The translations under genes were made by a program, and so were the position numbers. From assembly GCF_006345805.1 (NCBI RefSeq), contig NC_043005.1, positions 84,134,001 through 84,198,000 of the forward strand: a stretch of 64,000 bases of DNA, given 5' to 3'. The notes under the pieces are model-generated. The model did no database searches, was not told where the DNA came from, and saw nothing but the letters and a program-made list of their open reading frames with translations. Of the stretch, positions 1 through 11,140 are shown piece after piece. The DNA is from Octopus sinensis (taxonomy: Eukaryota). The stretch's first letter is position 1; every line of letters begins with the position of its first letter.

Positions 1-313
1 TGAAGTCCTGTATACCCATCATGACTACCTGTCTGATAAGGGTACACCAGGCACATGCATCACAACCATATGTGCGTGACATGGTGATATCATATTAAGA
101 TAAACAGCGCATGACCTTGCAGGTGGGGCCTAGTTCGAATTTTCTTCTGGTCAAGTAACTCACCACACTCAAATGGTCCTTGAATAGTGGTTGTTTAAGG
201 ATGTTGAACGAAACACCCATGTTTCCAAAGGCAAATTATTCAAACCCCAAAGAATCCCCCTCAACACATGGCTATGATGCTCCCCCACTACTTCTGCTCA
301 TGATCAGAGATGC
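1..313 (-). mobile_element. Fragment of a TAA-flanked non-coding interspersed repeat (family D)
   Basis: Same sequence recurs at 5571, 11141, 20256 and 61136; abuts (ATT)n. Strand inferred from truncation pattern. Confidence 0.75.
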
Positions 314-933
314 AGTTCTCATTATTATTATTATTATTATTATTATTTTGACTTCAGACAATTTATTTGAGTTTTACATAATATATGATGCACACACATT
401 GACAAACTGCAAAATAAAAGCCGTCGCTTCACTTGATTTATGCTTCTCTTTGTCTATGGCAAGTTTTGTGATTCATTACCAGAATTATAATAAAAATAAC
501 CAAAATAAAAAAGAAAAAATAGACCCAAAAGAACCCTTTCTTAATCATGTATGCTGTACAGTCTCATTCAGATAATTGTCGAGTGATTGGCGAATATCTT
601 AGAAAGACAATTGTTTGCAACACCAACAACAATATGTCATATCCTGAGGTGTTTTATTTTCTATCAGAGCTGAATACCAATCAACAAGATAACAACTACC
701 ATCAGATCAGAAAGTCATTTAAAACTTCTATGCACAGCCCCCAACCCCTGCACAAAATGGTTAGCATCAACTTTAGGTGAATTTAGCTTTTATTTCCTAA
801 TTGCAGAATGGTTTATATCTATGTTGTTTGGTGTCTCTCTCTATACTTTGAATCCTTGAACTTAATTTTCCTTAACCATGTTTTTTCATTGTCTCTTAAA
901 GAATGATACTTCATTGTCCCTCTGCGTCTGCAT

Positions 934-1165
934 CAGGGGTTCTCAACCATTTTTCACCTTTGGACTCCTTTGATTCTCCTTTTTCTCTACTGGACCCTAA
1001 TAGCTATTTGATGTTTTAAAAATCCTATTATATTTTTGTGATGAAATATTTTTAGGAATTGTAGAAAAAAAATGTTAAAATATTTTGTGTATTGTACATA
1101 AATTTGAACAAGAAAATCTTATATAGACCCCTAATGGCCATAGGGATCCCAGCTGAGAACCATTG
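934..1165. mobile_element. hAT/Charlie-like MITE
   Basis: Ends CAGGGGTTCTCAACC ... GCTGAGAACCATTG (imperfect TIR); a second copy lies at ~14870-15552. Confidence 0.65.
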
Positions 1166-1509
1166 ATTTAGATTCCCCAGACATTGATATCTGTAAGGCC
1201 CATTACATATGATGCAAGCATATTTTATCTGGGTCCATGCTCAAGGATACTTGATGGCCCAGTCTTGGGGTCATTACATAATAATATGTATTGCATGTGT
1301 GTGTGTGTGTGTTGGTTGTTTAACCCCAAGTCAGATTCTGTGATTTTAAAGGTATTTCAGCTGTGATGTGACCATTCCCTTTTCTGGAATGAGAAGAATG
1401 GGCACCACTGTTTGGACACTGACCATTTGGCATGGCTGACTGGACATTCAGACTGTTTTGGCAACGGTACTTTTTGGCATTAGAGCCAGGCGAACACACA
1501 CACACTCTT

Positions 1510-1543
<34 letters not shown>

Positions 1544-2410
1544 TACAGAAATATATACACACATACAGGAAGGGAGGAAGAGACATTACAATTCATTAAT
1601 CGAACACAAATGACTTTCCTCTTCCCCATACACATGAAGAGAAATATGCTTTCACATCCAAATGTTTGTATGTGATTTATATTTAATATTTATTATTTAT
1701 TATATTGTATTATTATAAGAATGTAATATACTGTTGTGCTAATAAATTAAAATTTTTTTTCATTTTTGAATTTCCAATCGTTATATACATCTCCATTTTC
1801 TATTATTTTCATAATTTCATATATTTATATACTAGCTTTAAAAGCTGCCCTATCAGGTGGATTTTAAGCTAGCTCCTGAGGAGGGCTCTTCCTTGGGGCC
1901 TTGGGCCCAACAATGACACTTCATGCGTTGAACACATATTAAATTTTATTAAACTTGACCAATATTTTTCAAGTAATGAACAATTATATAATTTGTTGAC
2001 TTGGAACTTATTGCAAAGCTGCATGATAAACAACATCTTTTGTCTTCCCATTCGGGGGTCAGTACAATTTTTTTTCTAACTTCTTTCCTTCTCTCTCTTT
2101 CTGTTGCTTGTTTTCTACCATCACCAGTTCCACCACCATCGCCACTACAACAGCCATACACACACCATTCAGACTTCTGATACCACCACCATCAATACCT
2201 TTGACTTTGCTGCCTTCCCCTCCACCACCATCACCACTGTCTTTCACATCATCTACTATCACTATCAATCTATTACCATCTCTATGTTTACTATTACTCT
2301 CACCCCCATCATGAGGAATAGTGGAACTGTCATTGAATAGTGAGAGAGGGGGTCAAAGTGTGACACACTGATACACAGAAATTTGTTTTGGCACTTATTA
2401 TTATTATTAT

Positions 2411-2688
2411 TCAGTAGTTTTATCTTTATAACGTGCTTTCACTTCACTACCGAGCACAGTTCTGTGTGCCTTGGGAATGTACTGTGATTTGTTGTGATGC
2501 TCTGATGGTTACTGTATTGAAAGTGTTTTGCGTAGGATGTGTGCAGAGCCCATTAGTGCAATTTTTTATATGTTATATGTGTCTGTAAGTCATGGTGTTT
2601 TTGTTATGTATTTGTCTGAATATTTTTTTATCATACCTAATGCGCCTACTATGATGGGAATTGTTTCTGTTTTTAGATTCCACATGTA
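2411..2688 (-). mobile_element. R4/Dong-clade non-LTR retrotransposon 3' fragment (pseudogenised)
   Basis: Minus strand reads MWNLKTETIPIIVGALGMIKK...KIALMGSAHILRKTLSIQ*, then a short 3' UTR ending in (TAA)n. Confidence 0.8.
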
Positions 2689-3352
2689 AATGTATATATA
2701 TGTCAGTTACTGGATGATGATGGGAACAACATAAGAGGGACCTGTCTCTCTTGTCAGTTCCCAGCAGCTGCCTTTATGGTCCCTGCTGCTGAAGAGAAGT
2801 TAATTACTGTGAGAAAATTTTCCCATGACAAGATACTGTGAATAGCTTCCTTACAGGTTCAAATATACCTCAAACATATTTGAATGGGAAACAAGTTTGT
2901 ATTTCTACACAACACTGCTTAGTGCAGTCACCATGTATGTATATATATATATCATCATCATCGTTTAATGTCTGCTTTCCATGCTAGCATGGGTTGGATG
3001 ATTTTGATCTGGTAGAGTTTCTACAGCTGGATGCCCTTCCTAATGCCAACCACTCTGAGAGTGTATGTGTATATATACATATATATGTGTGTGTTTGTGT
3101 AAGGTGTGTTATGAGAATTTATAGAACAAGTATCCTATAGAAACTCAACAAACTGTTAAAGATGGAGAAGGGAAGATGCTAAAAATTTGAAACATATTTA
3201 ATCCATGCATACAATTGTTTCAAACAGCAATATTAACATGTAAATCACATGGTAGGAAAATTAGAAATTAATTTAATTTTAATTAAATTAATTACATATT
3301 ACTGTTCTCCTCGGTGTGAAAAAAAGAATCCATCAAAAAATATTTTTATTAT

Positions 3353-3631
3353 TAAAGTGATGGTATGTTGTCAACTTAATGTGACAGTCCCATGAAAGGG
3401 AAGAATGCTATGGTTATTTAGCTCTAGTAAACCCTGTTTCCTGTTGGCCGTGACACATTTCCTGTGTCATTGCGTTTACAAATTGGAGATAAGCACCTCT
3501 ACCCAGCAAAGCCAGCATCCAGGAAATGTGTCAAGCCCAACAGGAAACGGTGTTTCCTAGGGCTAAATAACAGTAGCATTCTTCCCTTTCATAGGACTGT
3601 CACATTAAGTTGACAATATACCATCACTTTA
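3353..3631. mobile_element. MITE with ~110-bp imperfect terminal inverted repeats
   Basis: TAAAGTGATGGTATGTTGTCAACTTAATGTGACAGTCC... matches the reverse complement of ...GGACTGTCACATTAAGTTGACAATATACCATCACTTTA. Confidence 0.8.
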
Positions 3632-3960
3632 TTGTGCTGCTACTGCATAAATCTCTCTGAGAGATTTAGAAATGTATTATTTCAATATTATTATTGCTAC
3701 AGAAGACTTGATGGAGTGAGTATCACATAACATGTTTGGATATACATATTATCCTTATGAAAGATTAAGTGTTGTTGAGTCTAGTTGTGTATGAACTAAA
3801 TCTATCAGTTTTAGCTCATACACAACTTGTAGCATTTTCATATTCGGAAAATTCTTACAACAGGAAGCTACCAAGGAAATATGAAGAATCTTTATTAGAA
3901 ATCCACCTTTGGAACCCTCCAATGTAAAGAATGAAATAGAACTCAACATTTCCTCACACT

Positions 3961-3989
<29 letters not shown>

Positions 3990-3991
<2 letters not shown>

Positions 3992-4570
3992 ATGTATGTG
4001 TATGTATGTTTGTCCTCTCCCAACATCGCTTGACAACCAATGTTGGTGTGTTTACATCCCTGTAAATTAGTGGTTTGGCAAAAGAGACCAATAGAATAAG
4101 TACTAGGCTTATAAAGAATAAGTCCTGGGGTCGATTTGTTCAACTAAAGGCAGTGCTCCAGCATGGCTGCAGTCAAATGACTGAAGCAAATTCGTTTTTA
4201 TTATTCTTTTATTTGTTTCAGTCATTGACTGCAGCCATGCTGGAGTACTGCTTTTAATTAAACAACTTAACCCTGGGACTCATTTTTTGTCAGCCTAATA
4301 CTTATTCTATTGGTCTCTTTGTTTTTGCTGAACTGGTAAGTTACGGGGACGTAAACACACCATTGTTTGTCAAGTGATGGTGGTGGGGGGGACAAACACA
4401 GACACACAAACGCGCACATTCACACACACACACACACATATAACAGGCTTCTTTCAGTTTCGATCTACCAAGTCCACTCACAAGGCTTTGGTCAGCTCAA
4501 GGCTATAGTAGAAGACACTTGCCCAAGGTGCCATGCAGTGGGATGAACCCGGAACCATGTGATTGGTAAG
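3990..4570. mobile_element. Two tail-to-tail partial copies of SINE family A
   Basis: 3' half on + (~3990-4190) and a near-complete copy on - (~4193-4570); both match 60651-61073. Confidence 0.8.
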
Positions 4571-4694
4571 AAAAAAAAAAAATATATATATATATACACA
4601 CATATATATTTGTGAAAGAGGACAACAAACGCCGAGGCATAATAAGCATCTCAAGTCATTTACATTATTTTATATTATTCTTAAATTAGATGAA

Positions 4695-4770
4695 GTCTTA
4701 CTGCTGTTTCTAGGGTATCCCAAGTGATAGGCAAGTATGCCTGAATATGGGGTATTCCGTCATCAGAGCC
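4695..4770 (-). ncRNA. Candidate hammerhead ribozyme with long stem II, in a small TA-flanked insert
   Basis: Minus strand: GGCT-CTGATGA-CGGAATACCC...GGGATACCCTA-GAAAC-AGCA-GTA-AGAC. Confidence 0.55.
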
Positions 4771-5302
4771 TAGTATAGAACATCTGAAAAATCTAGACAT
4801 GGAGAATTCTCAGATAATCAGCAATGAAATAGAAGAGTAGAGAGTAAGGAAATGAAGTTCATAGTTCGTCTTTCTGAAGGTGTGGATGTTAGTCTGAATG
4901 TCCTTAGGTAAAATCCAAGGTAAATCCAGGCAGTATTTCGGCAAAGTATAAGTAGTGTGTTCACAGCATAAATATCCAAGCAATATTTTGGCAGAAATGG
5001 GAATGGTGTGTTCAAATAGAGATGGCTGGTTTGTGAGAGAATGATTTTGTGCTAACACCACTTTTATAGTCATTCTCTCACAAACCAGTCATCAGGTGAA
5101 CTGTGGTTTCTAATGTGTCCTTCCTTTTTTAAGATGATAAGGTAGGATTTGAGGGAGATCACTTTGCCTGTCACCCTTTTAGGGTTGATAAAATAAGTAT
5201 CATTCAAGGACTGAAGTCGATGTAATTGACTAAGTCCCTCTTGCTCCAGTTATTGGTCTTGTGCCAAAATTATTATTATTATTATTATTCTTATTATTAT
5301 TA

Positions 5303-5516
5303 AGGCGGCGAGCTGGGAGAAACGTTAGCACGCCGGGTGAAATGCTTAGCAGTATTTCATCTGTCTTTATGTTCTGAGTTCAAATTCCGCCAAGGTTGAC
5401 TTTGCCTTTCACGTTTTCAGGGTTGATAAATAGTACCAATTGTATACTGGGGTTGATCTAATCAACTGGCCCCACCCCCACCAAAAATTTTGGGCCTTGT
5501 ACCTCGAGTAGGAAAG

Positions 5517-5518
<2 letters not shown>
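5303..5518 (+). mobile_element. SINE family B (tRNA-like head, Nin/Deu-like core), (TTA)n tail
   Basis: AGCTGG...AG A-box-like and GAGTTCAAATTCC B-box; core TTTGCCTTTCA...GGGTTGATAAA; multi-copy in window. Confidence 0.75.
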
Positions 5519-5552
<34 letters not shown>

Positions 5553-5570
5553 GTTATTATTATCACCATT

Positions 5571-5762
5571 GAGTGAAAGAGCAGTGCATGACATCAAAGT
5601 GACACTGGAGTAAAATATATGAAGTCCAGGATACCTGTCTGATAAGGGTACACCAGGCACTTGCATCACAACCATATGAGCATGACATGGTGACCTTATA
5701 TCAAGATAAACAGCTCATGACCTTGTAAGTGGGGGCCCAGATAGAATTTTCTTCTGGTTGAC
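5571..5762 (-). mobile_element. Family D repeat, truncated
   Basis: Matches 20256-20460; abuts (TTA)n. Confidence 0.75.
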
Positions 5763-6092
5763 TATTGATGTCGATGTAATTGGCTTAACGCCTTCACCGA
5801 AACTGCTGGACTTGTGCTAAAATTTGAAACCATTATTATTATTATTATTATTGGTAATAATAGTGAGAGTTCTACAAACAAAATGTACTAAAACTAAACT
5901 TGATATCTGTTGAGAGCAGAACAGCGTTTGTTCATTGTTCCAAGTACTTTTATTTCTGCTCTTGCTTGTCTGTCTCTCTTTTCAACCACTTATACTACCT
6001 CCAACACTTATTCAATAACACCACCACCATAACTACAAGTACCACCACCACTGCCACCACTACCGCTACAGCTATTACTGCTGCTGCTGCTG

Positions 6093-6128
<36 letters not shown>

Positions 6129-6739
6129 GCACTACAATATCAAATGCTGCTGCAACAAATAGTGGTACCACCACCATGACTGCTAGCATGACCAATCTTG
6201 CAACCCCCCCATCACCACCACCACCACTGCCGCTACTACTACTACTACTACTGCTGCCATCGCCACCACCACCACTAAAGAGAAGCAATTGGAGACTAGT
6301 GAAAAGAATAGTCAACATCCTGTCAGTGATGATGATGTAATAGTCAGGTGGTCAAAGAGGATGATAAAAGGATGTAGGGGTGGTGGTATTATTATTATTA
6401 TTATCATTGTTATTGCTGTCACCCTGACTGTCCTACTTCTGCTGTATGGAGTGGACCATTCCATTCAAACTGACCCACATTAATCTGAGTCTGACATTTC
6501 ACTCAAGCTGGTTCATTGAAAGTAACTTAGTATACTACTACTACTACTACTACTACCGCCTTTGCTACTACCACCACTAACACCAGCACTACTACTACTA
6601 CAACCACCACCACCACCACTACTTATAGAATATGGTGGTGGTGATGATGGATCTTCATTGTTCAATAATGAGGATTCAGTTGTTTGATCCACTGAATTGA
6701 CTGTTCTTGAATTAATGTGTGAGTGACTGAGTATTCCAC

Positions 6740-6938
6740 AGAGATGGTGAAAGCAAGGTAGACCAAGAAAAATGTGGAGGGGACATGTAGAGGAGGAGAT
6801 TGGGAGGGTTGGCTTGAGAAGGAAGGACACCCAAAACTGGGCGAGATGGTGTGAGGGTGGTTACTATGGCATTGAGGTAGATCCAACCACCCCTGTTAAT
6901 GGGGACAAAGCCAGTATTCAAAACGATGGATGATGATA
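6740..6938 (+). mobile_element. Diverged RTE LINE 3' end
   Basis: Translates ...QGRPRKMWRGHVEEEIGRVGLRRKDTQNWARW, then a short UTR and (GAT)n tail. Confidence 0.6.
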
Positions 6939-6948
6939 TATATATATA

Positions 6949-7491
6949 TGAAGGTGAGTCAAAAAGTAATGCCATTTTGTTTAGGACAGGTATAATTACC
7001 AACATAGGAAACTGTATCATACATCAAAACGAAGCTGGTCCTCTGTGGATCACATCCCTACTTCTCAACATAGTCACTGTTTCTCTCTAGCAATGTTCCA
7101 CCTTCGAATAAGATATGTATCCCTGCCCCATAAAATTCTGTTGACTGTTCTTTTAGCCACTTTTTCACTACAGCTTTCACTTCCTCATCACACTATCAGC
7201 TCTTTGGCCCCATGAAAGAGGGCTTCAGAGGCATACATTATTCCAGTGATGAGGAAGTGAAAATTGTAGTGAAGAAGTGGCTCAAAGAACAGTCAACAGA
7301 ATTTTATGGGGTAGGGATACATGCTCTCATTCGAAAGTAGAACATTGCTATTGAGAGAAACGGTGACTATGTTGAGAAGTAGGAATGTGATCCACAGAGG
7401 ACCAGCTTCATTTTGATGTATGATACATGTTCCTGTGTTGGTAATTATACCTGTCCTAAACGAAATGGCATTACTTTTTGACTCACCCTCG
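6949..7491. mobile_element. Foldback non-autonomous mariner made of two inverted 3' ends
   Basis: ~245-bp inverted arms (6949-7191, 7246-7491) with TA flanks; right part encodes YQLFGPMKEGFRG...WLKEQSTEFY...NGDYVEK*, a mariner C-terminus. Confidence 0.85.
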
Positions 7492-7670
7492 TATATATAT
7501 ATATCATCATCATCATCATCATCGTTTAGCATCCGCTTTCCATGCTAGCATGGGTTGGACGGGTCAACTGGGGTCTGTGAAGCTGGAAGGCTTCGTCAGC
7601 CCAGTCAGATCTGGCAGTGTTTCTACAGCTGGATGCCCTTCCTAACGCCAACCACTCCGCGAGTGTAGTG

Positions 7671-8342
7671 GGTGTTTTTTACGTGCCACCTGCACAGGTG
7701 CCAGACAGAGCTGGCGAATGGCCACGAACGGATGGTGCTTTTACGTGTCACCGGCACGGGGCCAGGCGATGCTGGCAACGGACATGAACGGATGGTGCTT
7801 TTACGTGCCACCGACACGGGGCCAGACAGAACTGGCAACCGGCCACGAACGGACGGTGCTTTTACGTGTCACCGGCACGGGGGCCAGCCGAGGCTGGCAA
7901 TGGATGCGAACGGATGGTGCTTTTACGTGCCACCGACACGGTTGCCAGACAGAGCTGGCAAACGGCCATGAGCGGACGGTGCTTTTACATGTCACCGGCA
8001 TGGGGGCCAGCCGAGGCTGGCAACGGACACGGACGGATGGTGCTTTTACGTGCCACCGACACGGGGCCAGACAGAGCTGGCAAACGGCCACGAACGGATG
8101 GTGCTTTTACGTGCCACCGACACGGGGCCAGACAGAGCTGGCAAATGGCCACAAACGGACGGTGCTTTTACGTGTCACCGGCATGGGGCCAGGCGAGGCT
8201 GGCAACGAACACGAACGGATGGTGCTTTTACGTGCCACCGACACGAGGCCAGGCAGAGCTGGCAAACGGCCATGAGCGAATGGTGCTTTTACGTATCACC
8301 GGCACGGGTGCCAGACGAGGCTGACAGCGGACACGAACAGAT
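7671..8342 (-). repeat. Tandem array of 11 x ~60-bp GC-rich units of two alternating types
   Basis: Units begin GGTGCTTTTACGTG at ~61-bp spacing; order X Y X Y X Y X X Y X Y. Confidence 0.9.
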
Positions 8343-8391
8343 GGGTCACTTAACCCCTGCTTTCTGATATATGATTTGATTTTGATTGTTC

Positions 8392-9690
8392 TCACTTGTC
8401 TTGCCGGGTCTTCTCACGCACAGCATACTTCCATAGGTCTCGGTCTCTGGTCATTTCCTTGGTGAGACCTAGAGTTCGAAGGTCGTGCTTCACCACCTCG
8501 ACCCAGGTTTTCCTGGGTCTACCTCTTCCACAGGTCCCCTCAACTGCCAGGGTGTGGCACTTTTTCACACACCTATCTTCATCCATTCTCACCACATGAC
8601 CATACCAGCGCAATCGTCTCTCTTGCACACAACATCTGATTCCTCTTAGGTCCAACTTTTCTCTCAAGGTACTTACACTCTGTCGACTATGAACACTGAC
8701 ATTACACATCCAACGGAGCATACTAGCTTCATTTCTCGCGAGCTTACGCATGTCCTCAGCAGTCACGGCCCATGTTTCACTGCCATGTAGCATGGCTGTT
8801 CGTACACATGCATCATACAGTCTGCCTTTTACTCTGAGCGAGAGGCCTTTAGTCACCAACAGAGGTAAGAGCTCCCTAAACTTTGCCCAGGCTATTCTTA
8901 CTCTAGCCGTTACACTTTCAGCACACCCACCCCCACTACTGACTTGGTCACCAAGATAACGGAAGCTATCAACTACTTCTAGTTTTTCCCCCTGGAAAGT
9001 GACGGAAGTTGTTTTCTGCAGATTTTCAGAGGTTAATGCTCCCGAGCATCTGCCACATACAAAAACCATCTTCCTAGTTAGCCTTCCTATGACATTGCTG
9101 CACCTCTTATGTGTCCATAGCTTACACTTGGTGCATCTTATAGAGTTTCTACCTACACCTTTTCTACAGATCGAGCAGGGCCATCTACCTGAAGGCGTTT
9201 GTGATTTGTCTACCTTCCTACTTATTAGGACTTTGGTTTTAGCTAGGTTGACTCTAAGGCCCTTCGATTCTAAACCATGCTTCCACACCTGAAACTTCTT
9301 CTCCAGTTCTGATAATGACTCAGCAATTAGAGCAAGGTCATCAGCATAGAGGAGCTCCCAGGGGCATCCTGTCTTGAATTCCTCCGTTATTGCCTGGAGG
9401 ACTATGATAAATAGGAGGGGGCTGAGGACTGAGCCTTGGTGGACCCCTACCTCTACCCGGAATTCTTCACTGTACTCATTTCCAACCCTCACCTTACTAG
9501 CAGCGTCCCTGTACATGGCTTGCACAGCTCTCACTAACCATTCTTCTATTCCTAGTTTCCTCATTGACCACCATATGAGGGATCGGGGGACCCTGTCGAA
9601 GGCTTTCTCCATGTCAACAAAAGCCAGGTACAGGGCCTTATCTTTGGCTAGGTATTTCTCCTGCAGCTGCCTTACCAGGAATATAGCATC
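8392..9690 (-). CDS. RTE-clade reverse transcriptase, C-terminal ~430 aa, uninterrupted, with inserted PHD finger
   Basis: Motifs AFVDMEKAFDRV, GVHQGSVLSPLLF, LLYADD, FRYLG, LHGSETW, RLRWYGHV, GRGRPRKTW. The N-terminal YIYIY in the ORF track is microsatellite. Confidence 0.95.
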   Translation of the reverse strand, partial: DAIFLVRQLQEKYLAKDKALYLAFVDMEKAFDRVPRSLIWWSMRKLGIEEWLVRAVQAMYRDAASKVRVGNEYSEEFRVEVGVHQGSVLSPLLFIIVLQAITEEFKTGCPWELLYADDLALIAESLSELEKKFQVWKHGLESKGLRVNLAKTKVLISRKVDKSQTPSGRWPCSICRKGVGRNSIRCTKCKLWTHKRCSNVIGRLTRKMVFVCGRCSGALTSENLQKTTSVTFQGEKLEVVDSFRYLGDQVSSGGGCAESVTARVRIAWAKFRELLPLLVTKGLSLRVKGRLYDACVRTAMLHGSETWAVTAEDMRKLARNEASMLRWMCNVSVHSRQSVSTLREKLDLRGIRCCVQERRLRWYGHVVRMDEDRCVKKCHTLAVEGTCGRGRPRKTWVEVVKHDLRTLGLTKEMTRDRDLWKYAVREKTRQDK

Positions 9691-10018
9691 ATATATATAT
9701 ATATATATATACACACACATGTACTCTTAACATAATTATTGTTCGGTAGAATCAATTTGATATGGTGTGTGGTAGGAACAATCCACCTGAACAACTATCG
9801 AAAAGAAAATGTTAAAACAATGACAATGAGTCTAATCAGTTTCAATTAAAGTTTTGTAATTAATTATAAATGCATAACTTTAATTAAATTTTTGTAGCTA
9901 TCTTTAAGCCACTCAGCATACGAATAAAAAGTTGCTTTAAGTAAAAATGCCGCCATATTTGATGGCACAAATTTCTGTGTGCATACATATATACTCATAC
10001 ATACATATGTATGTATGA

Positions 10019-10056
<38 letters not shown>

Positions 10057-10290
10057 TTATGGCCCACCATTTATTCTTGAGTAGCATGTAATATTATTAT
10101 ATTTATGAATTATTGGTTTTGGCCTTTTGGCTGAGATGAAAGTAAGGTGATAGAAATTGTGAAGGCTTCAGGTAAGGAATCCGTAGATAATTTCATCTGT
10201 CATTTTGGACAGATGTACCTATCTTGGTAATAATTAATAAAAATGTCATCATTTTTTATAATATTGATGTACTACTACTACTACTACTAG

Positions 10291-10682
10291 TTTCTTTATT
10301 GGCCACAAGGGCTGAACACAAAACAAATAGGGTACAATACAAAACTAGGGACACTTGGGATTTAGCACAGAAATCAAGTAAACAATAAAGTAACAATGAC
10401 AATTAACTATGTAAATTAAACAATAAAATTCCCCCTACCCCAAAATGGGGAGTTCCTCACAGAGACAACTGAGAAACCCCATGCATTCTGGTTATTTGCC
10501 AGATACACCTCAGCAGGTGCCTCTCTCTCCTTCTCAACTCTGGTTTACAAACAAAAGTTCAAAGCAGGCTCATTTACACGAGCCCTCCTCACCACTTTCA
10601 CCCACCTCTCAACAAATTTACTGGGTGGGTGGGGGCAGGACTTTCCTCTCTACTTTCACTTTCCTTTTCAAGTGGAACTTCG
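10291..10682 (-). mobile_element. Probable L1/Tx1-like LINE 3' end
   Basis: Minus strand KFHLKRKVKVERKVL...SKFVERWVKV-like C-terminus, then a UTR ending CTTGTGGCCAATAAAGAAA and (TAG)n; clade assignment is from recall. Confidence 0.45.
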
Positions 10683-10699
10683 AGAAAGTTGATGAGGGC

Positions 10700-10870
10700 T
10701 TGGCATGGGTAGAGGAAATAGACATGAAACCTTGTTTAGTGCAACTTCAGAAAGCAGTATTATTAGTGATGGCTAGGATACTTAGAAAAGTGTTGTATAG
10801 GGAATCTGTACACCCCCGTGATTGGCAAAGTGAACTCTACTAGTTAGTATAAATGAGCATGCATTGAACA
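10700..10870 (+). mobile_element. R4/Dong-type extreme C-terminal fragment
   Basis: WVEEIDMKPCLVQLQKAVLLVMARILRKVL matches the QK..LLGTA.ILRKVL terminus. Confidence 0.6.
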
Positions 10871-11140
10871 GTCTGAGAAAAGTGTCATATCTGCAGGCAT
10901 ATTGTACAGGTCATAGGAATTATTGAATAGAGATATCGTGGAGCACACAGTTGGAGGGTAATAAGAGAACATCAGAAAGTTTAATATTATAACAGTTCAG
11001 ATATAACAGTGACGATGAGAAGTCGTATGTCGTATCAGAAGGTTCTTTGCATCTAAGGTTACTTGTTGTAGCCTGGTGTTAGGAACTTTTCTTTTTCAAC
11101 AGGTTAATCTGTTGTGTATATATGAAATAACAATAATAGT

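Larger units (their letters stand above)
7504..9690 (-). mobile_element. 5'-truncated RTE-clade LINE including long repeat-containing 3' UTR and (GAT)n tail
   Basis: RT ORF is followed on the same strand by AAATC-type repeats, 11 x ~60-bp units, a conserved terminal domain and (GAT)n; 5' end truncated into (TA)n. Confidence 0.8.

Noticed and set aside
5900-6340. Thr/Ala/Pro-rich mucin-like ORF and similar ORFs at 2059-2340, 12415-12651, 13684-14025 and 57938-58610
   Set aside because: Degenerate trinucleotide microsatellites; no splice or domain evidence
7623-8367. Overlapping 70-185 aa ORFs (also 40706-42623)
   Set aside because: By-products of GC-rich ~60-bp tandem units, open in several frames on both strands
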